Source of the DNA: Squalus acanthias
Taxonomy: Eukaryota
Direction: 5' to 3'
DNA: 64,000 bases
Assembly (NCBI GenBank): GCA_030390025.1
Contig: CM059428.1
Coordinates: forward strand, 66,774,001 to 66,838,000
Part shown: positions 60,925 to 64,000 of the stretch, one piece after another
How the letters are laid out: each line of letters begins with the position of its first letter
Position numbering within the stretch: the first letter of the stretch is position 1
Notes under the pieces: model-generated
The model's database searches: none
Told to the model about the DNA's origin: nothing
Seen by the model: only the letters and a program-made list of their open reading frames with translations
Program-made: the position numbers and the translations under genes

Positions 60925-61452
60925 TTTTTTTTGCACCCCATTATAGAAAGGACATTAAAGCCATAGAAAGCATACAGCATCGATTCACCAAAACGGTGCC
61001 AGGAATGGGAAGCTGTAGTTGTCAGAAGAGGCTTCAGATACTGAAATTACTTCCACTGGAGCAGAGAAAGCTAAGGAAATATTTCAAAGAGTTTTTTTTT
61101 AGTTATGAAGAGTTATGATAAAGTGAATAGGAATATAGTATATACTCTGGTTGGAGAGTCAGTGACAAGGGTCCGTCATTGTAGAATTATCACTGAGAGA
61201 GTGAGGAGAGAGGTTAGGAGTAATTTATTTACACAAAGAATTGTTGGAGCATGGAATGCTTTGCCACAGTGAGTGATTGTGGCAGAGACCATTGCATCTA
61301 TTAAGGGTAAATTGGATAAATATTTGAAGCAAAGGAAGTCACAGAGCTAGGGGGAGATGGTGAGATACTGGGATTAGCTTTGGATTGCTCTAGCAAGGAG
61401 CCAACACAGACATGATGGGACAAATGTTTTCCTTCTGTGTTGTAAATTCTAT
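60925..61452 (+). mobile_element. Old CR1 3' fragment
   Basis: APHYRKDIKAIESIQHRFTKTVPGM and a CR1-type 3' UTR. Confidence 0.8.
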
Positions 61453-61879
61453 GGGATAGATCTTGACTTTGTGCCATGGTGTAAAAGTGAGTCAGCGGCC
61501 CGTTTTACATCTCTCCCGATTTTTATTTCCATTCAAGTTGAACTACTCGTATGAAATGGATATCCACAGTTGCTAAAAGCTGTGCTGTTTAACAAGCCCT
61601 TTGAGAAGATTGGTGGGAACATTTGAAAGCTATTTCTGCACCTTTTTATAATCTTTCCCTGCTGTTACCATTCAGACGGTCAACAGCCTTGGGGTAATCG
61701 TTTAGGTCCCGTCATTTTTCATGCATGACACAACAACAGCACAATGAGTTTCTCTGTGGGAATCCCTTTGTACTTGTGCTTTTTGAAAGAAGAAGAGGAG
61801 GACCAGTGGAGTGATGTCAGGCTGCACCAGTGGCACTCTGCACTCATCTGCAGAAAGCCTCACAGCCACATCTACAAAT

Positions 61880-62425
61880 AGAGGTGCACATACCTTGATC
61901 TTTTTAGAAGATCAGTGCCTGAGAAGGCTTCAATTCACAATACAGGTTGTGACAGACTTTTGTCACAATTTCCCCAAGGTGGCCTGCAGACAAACCCTTC
62001 CACAGGCATAACACTGACAGTAGCTGTCAAGGTCACAAACGCCTTCAAATTTCCTGCTTTGTGATCACTGCAGGCTGCCATTGGAAACATTAGCAAACTA
62101 AACCAGTCAGCTGTCCTTACCGGTTTTGAGCAAGTCAGTGACGCCTTGTTTGCTCAAGAAAGCAATTTCATCTCCTTCTCTATGGAGAACTCTATGGAGA
62201 ACTGACAGCATCATGAACTGGCACTGCATTTTTACCAAGTGGCAGGATTTCCAAAGATTCGGAAGGTTAAATATTGCACCCATGTGACCCTACATGATCT
62301 CTCACATAATGCGACTACTTACATGAATATTTAAAGCTATTAATGTGCAGTATGGCATTATGCAAGTTAATGCTTGGTTTCCAGGCAGCTGTCACGATGT
62401 TTTCATTTTAAGGCAAACCACCAAC
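61880..62425 (+). pseudogene. Old Harbinger transposase relic
   Basis: EDQCLRRLQFT, VAVKVT, AGFP and VNAWFPGSCHDVFILRQ motifs, in order, with many lesions. Confidence 0.75.
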
Positions 62426-63349
62426 ATTTGGCCTGGCAGGAGTGTAGCGGACAGGACCCGGCAAATCTGGGTCCCAGCCTTCTCTGTCACTTTCTGTGGA
62501 GCCTTATTTTGGGGTGGAACCTTCTTTTACCCCATACAAGGGCATCTGTGTCAGAGGGGGTGTAGCTGCGGCGGGAGGAGAGGAGCCCAAACTAGATGGG
62601 CGCAAAGTTTGCCAAATTAGCAGTGGGACAGCCTGCGCCCATTCTGTGCAGGCATTGGTCCTACTGCTATATTCATGGGGGCCCTTTTTTACGCGTCTCA
62701 GACAGACACTTTGAAAAGGAGCCGCCTGGCTACACAGGAATCCTGAAAACCATTGCTGGCCTCCGCTCGGCTCCCTCCCAATCACCCCCACCCAATTGCC
62801 TCCTCCCCACCCAGGACCTACCCAAGGCTGCATCCGGCATCACTGCGCTCAAAATTAATGTCTGCATTTAAATGAGGCCTGGGGCCCAATTTTGCACTAT
62901 TCAATTTCCACCCCATTGTTTCTCATTCAGAATCAATGAATAAAATCTTGTCCAAGGCAATTAGAGTTCCTTGTCAGTCATTGTTGAAACACATTGATAG
63001 GCCCTGAATTTGCAATCGGTATGCCATCATACCGTCTTTGGAACTGACCGCAAGTTTGGGATTTCCGCATGCGCATGCACTAAATCCCAAACTTGCGATA
63101 TATCAAGTTCCGGCTGCACATAGGCTTCGCTGCGTCTTTCACCTCCTCATACAAATCAATGTGCTGGCAAGAAGTTGGTCTAATTTCCCACCTACTGCGA
63201 GGTAATTACACTGGAAGTTTTTAAGTCTGGTGCAAACCGGCGCAGGAAGCCTGTTGCACAGCGTAAGGGGAGCAGATGAGAAAATTGTAAAACAAAAAGA
63301 TCAGTAGCAAGGCAATGCTATAATGGTAGATTTGTTTTAAGAGGCTATC

Positions 63350-63800
63350 ATCATGAAGTGTTTGTAAGCACACTGAATAAAGCATTAAATGAGTGGTTTG
63401 TAACCTTTGTTTAAATGAGAAATTAATAATCAGACTGTAAAGTAATGAGAGACTTATATTACCAGTATGTGCTATAAGAGGTTTGTAACAACTGATGTTT
63501 GTGAATTTTGAATAAAGATACTTTGTTGTAATGAGAGATTTACAATAACAGATTGTTGTGAAGATCCATGAGAAGATTGGAGTTGCAGAATTTATTATAA
63601 TGGCAGCCTTTTAGTGTTAGATTTTTTTACAATGCATAGTTTGTGACAATGAATTTTTATATAACAAATAGTTTGTAATAACAGAGTTTATTATGATGAG
63701 TGGTCTGCACTGATTGTTATAATGAGAAGTTTGTAATATTAAAAATTGGCACAATGAAAGTTTTGCAATACTTTGAAAAGAAGGTTTGTAATGAACGTTT
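63350..63800. repeat. Degenerate AT-rich tandem repeat (GTTTGTAAT/AAC core)
   Basis: Recurring GTTTGTAAC/GTTTGTAAT/ATTTAYAAT motifs. Confidence 0.5.
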
Positions 63801-64000
63801 GTTGGTATGAGAGAACGATAGAATTTCTTTCGGAGTCACGTATATCTGTATAAAGGAGAGACAAATAGTGTTCCCCGGTATTCCCGTTGAGTTTACCCAG
63901 AATTTCACTTCGTGAGTATTGGATTGTCAATTGGCTAAGAGTCAGGAGGTGAAAGGAGCACTGCCCCGCCTGATCCCAGGTTCCCATATGCACAACAGTG

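Overview
Repeat-dominated eukaryotic DNA, most likely from a cartilaginous fish (shark). The taxon is inferred from HE1/V-SINE and DeuSINE-type SINEs, CR1 and L2 LINEs and the Penelope ends. I found no convincing host protein-coding gene, rRNA, tRNA gene or CRISPR array. The window holds: (i) at least six two-gene or relic PIF/Harbinger DNA transposons (DDE transposase facing a spliced Myb/SANT-like gene) plus several Harbinger-type MITEs with 3-bp TSDs; (ii) three Penelope-like fold-back insertions with 14-16-bp TSDs, two carrying recognisable minimal hammerhead ribozyme motifs; (iii) a Zenon-like CR1-clade LINE whose 5' end appears to be a tRNA-derived Pol III head running into ORF2 with no room for ORF1; (iv) many CR1 and L2 fragments, one young CR1 with an uninterrupted RT frame; (v) two long minisatellites (24 bp and 28 bp units). 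Family names come from my own pattern recognition, not from a database search. Boundaries not anchored by a TSD are approximate.
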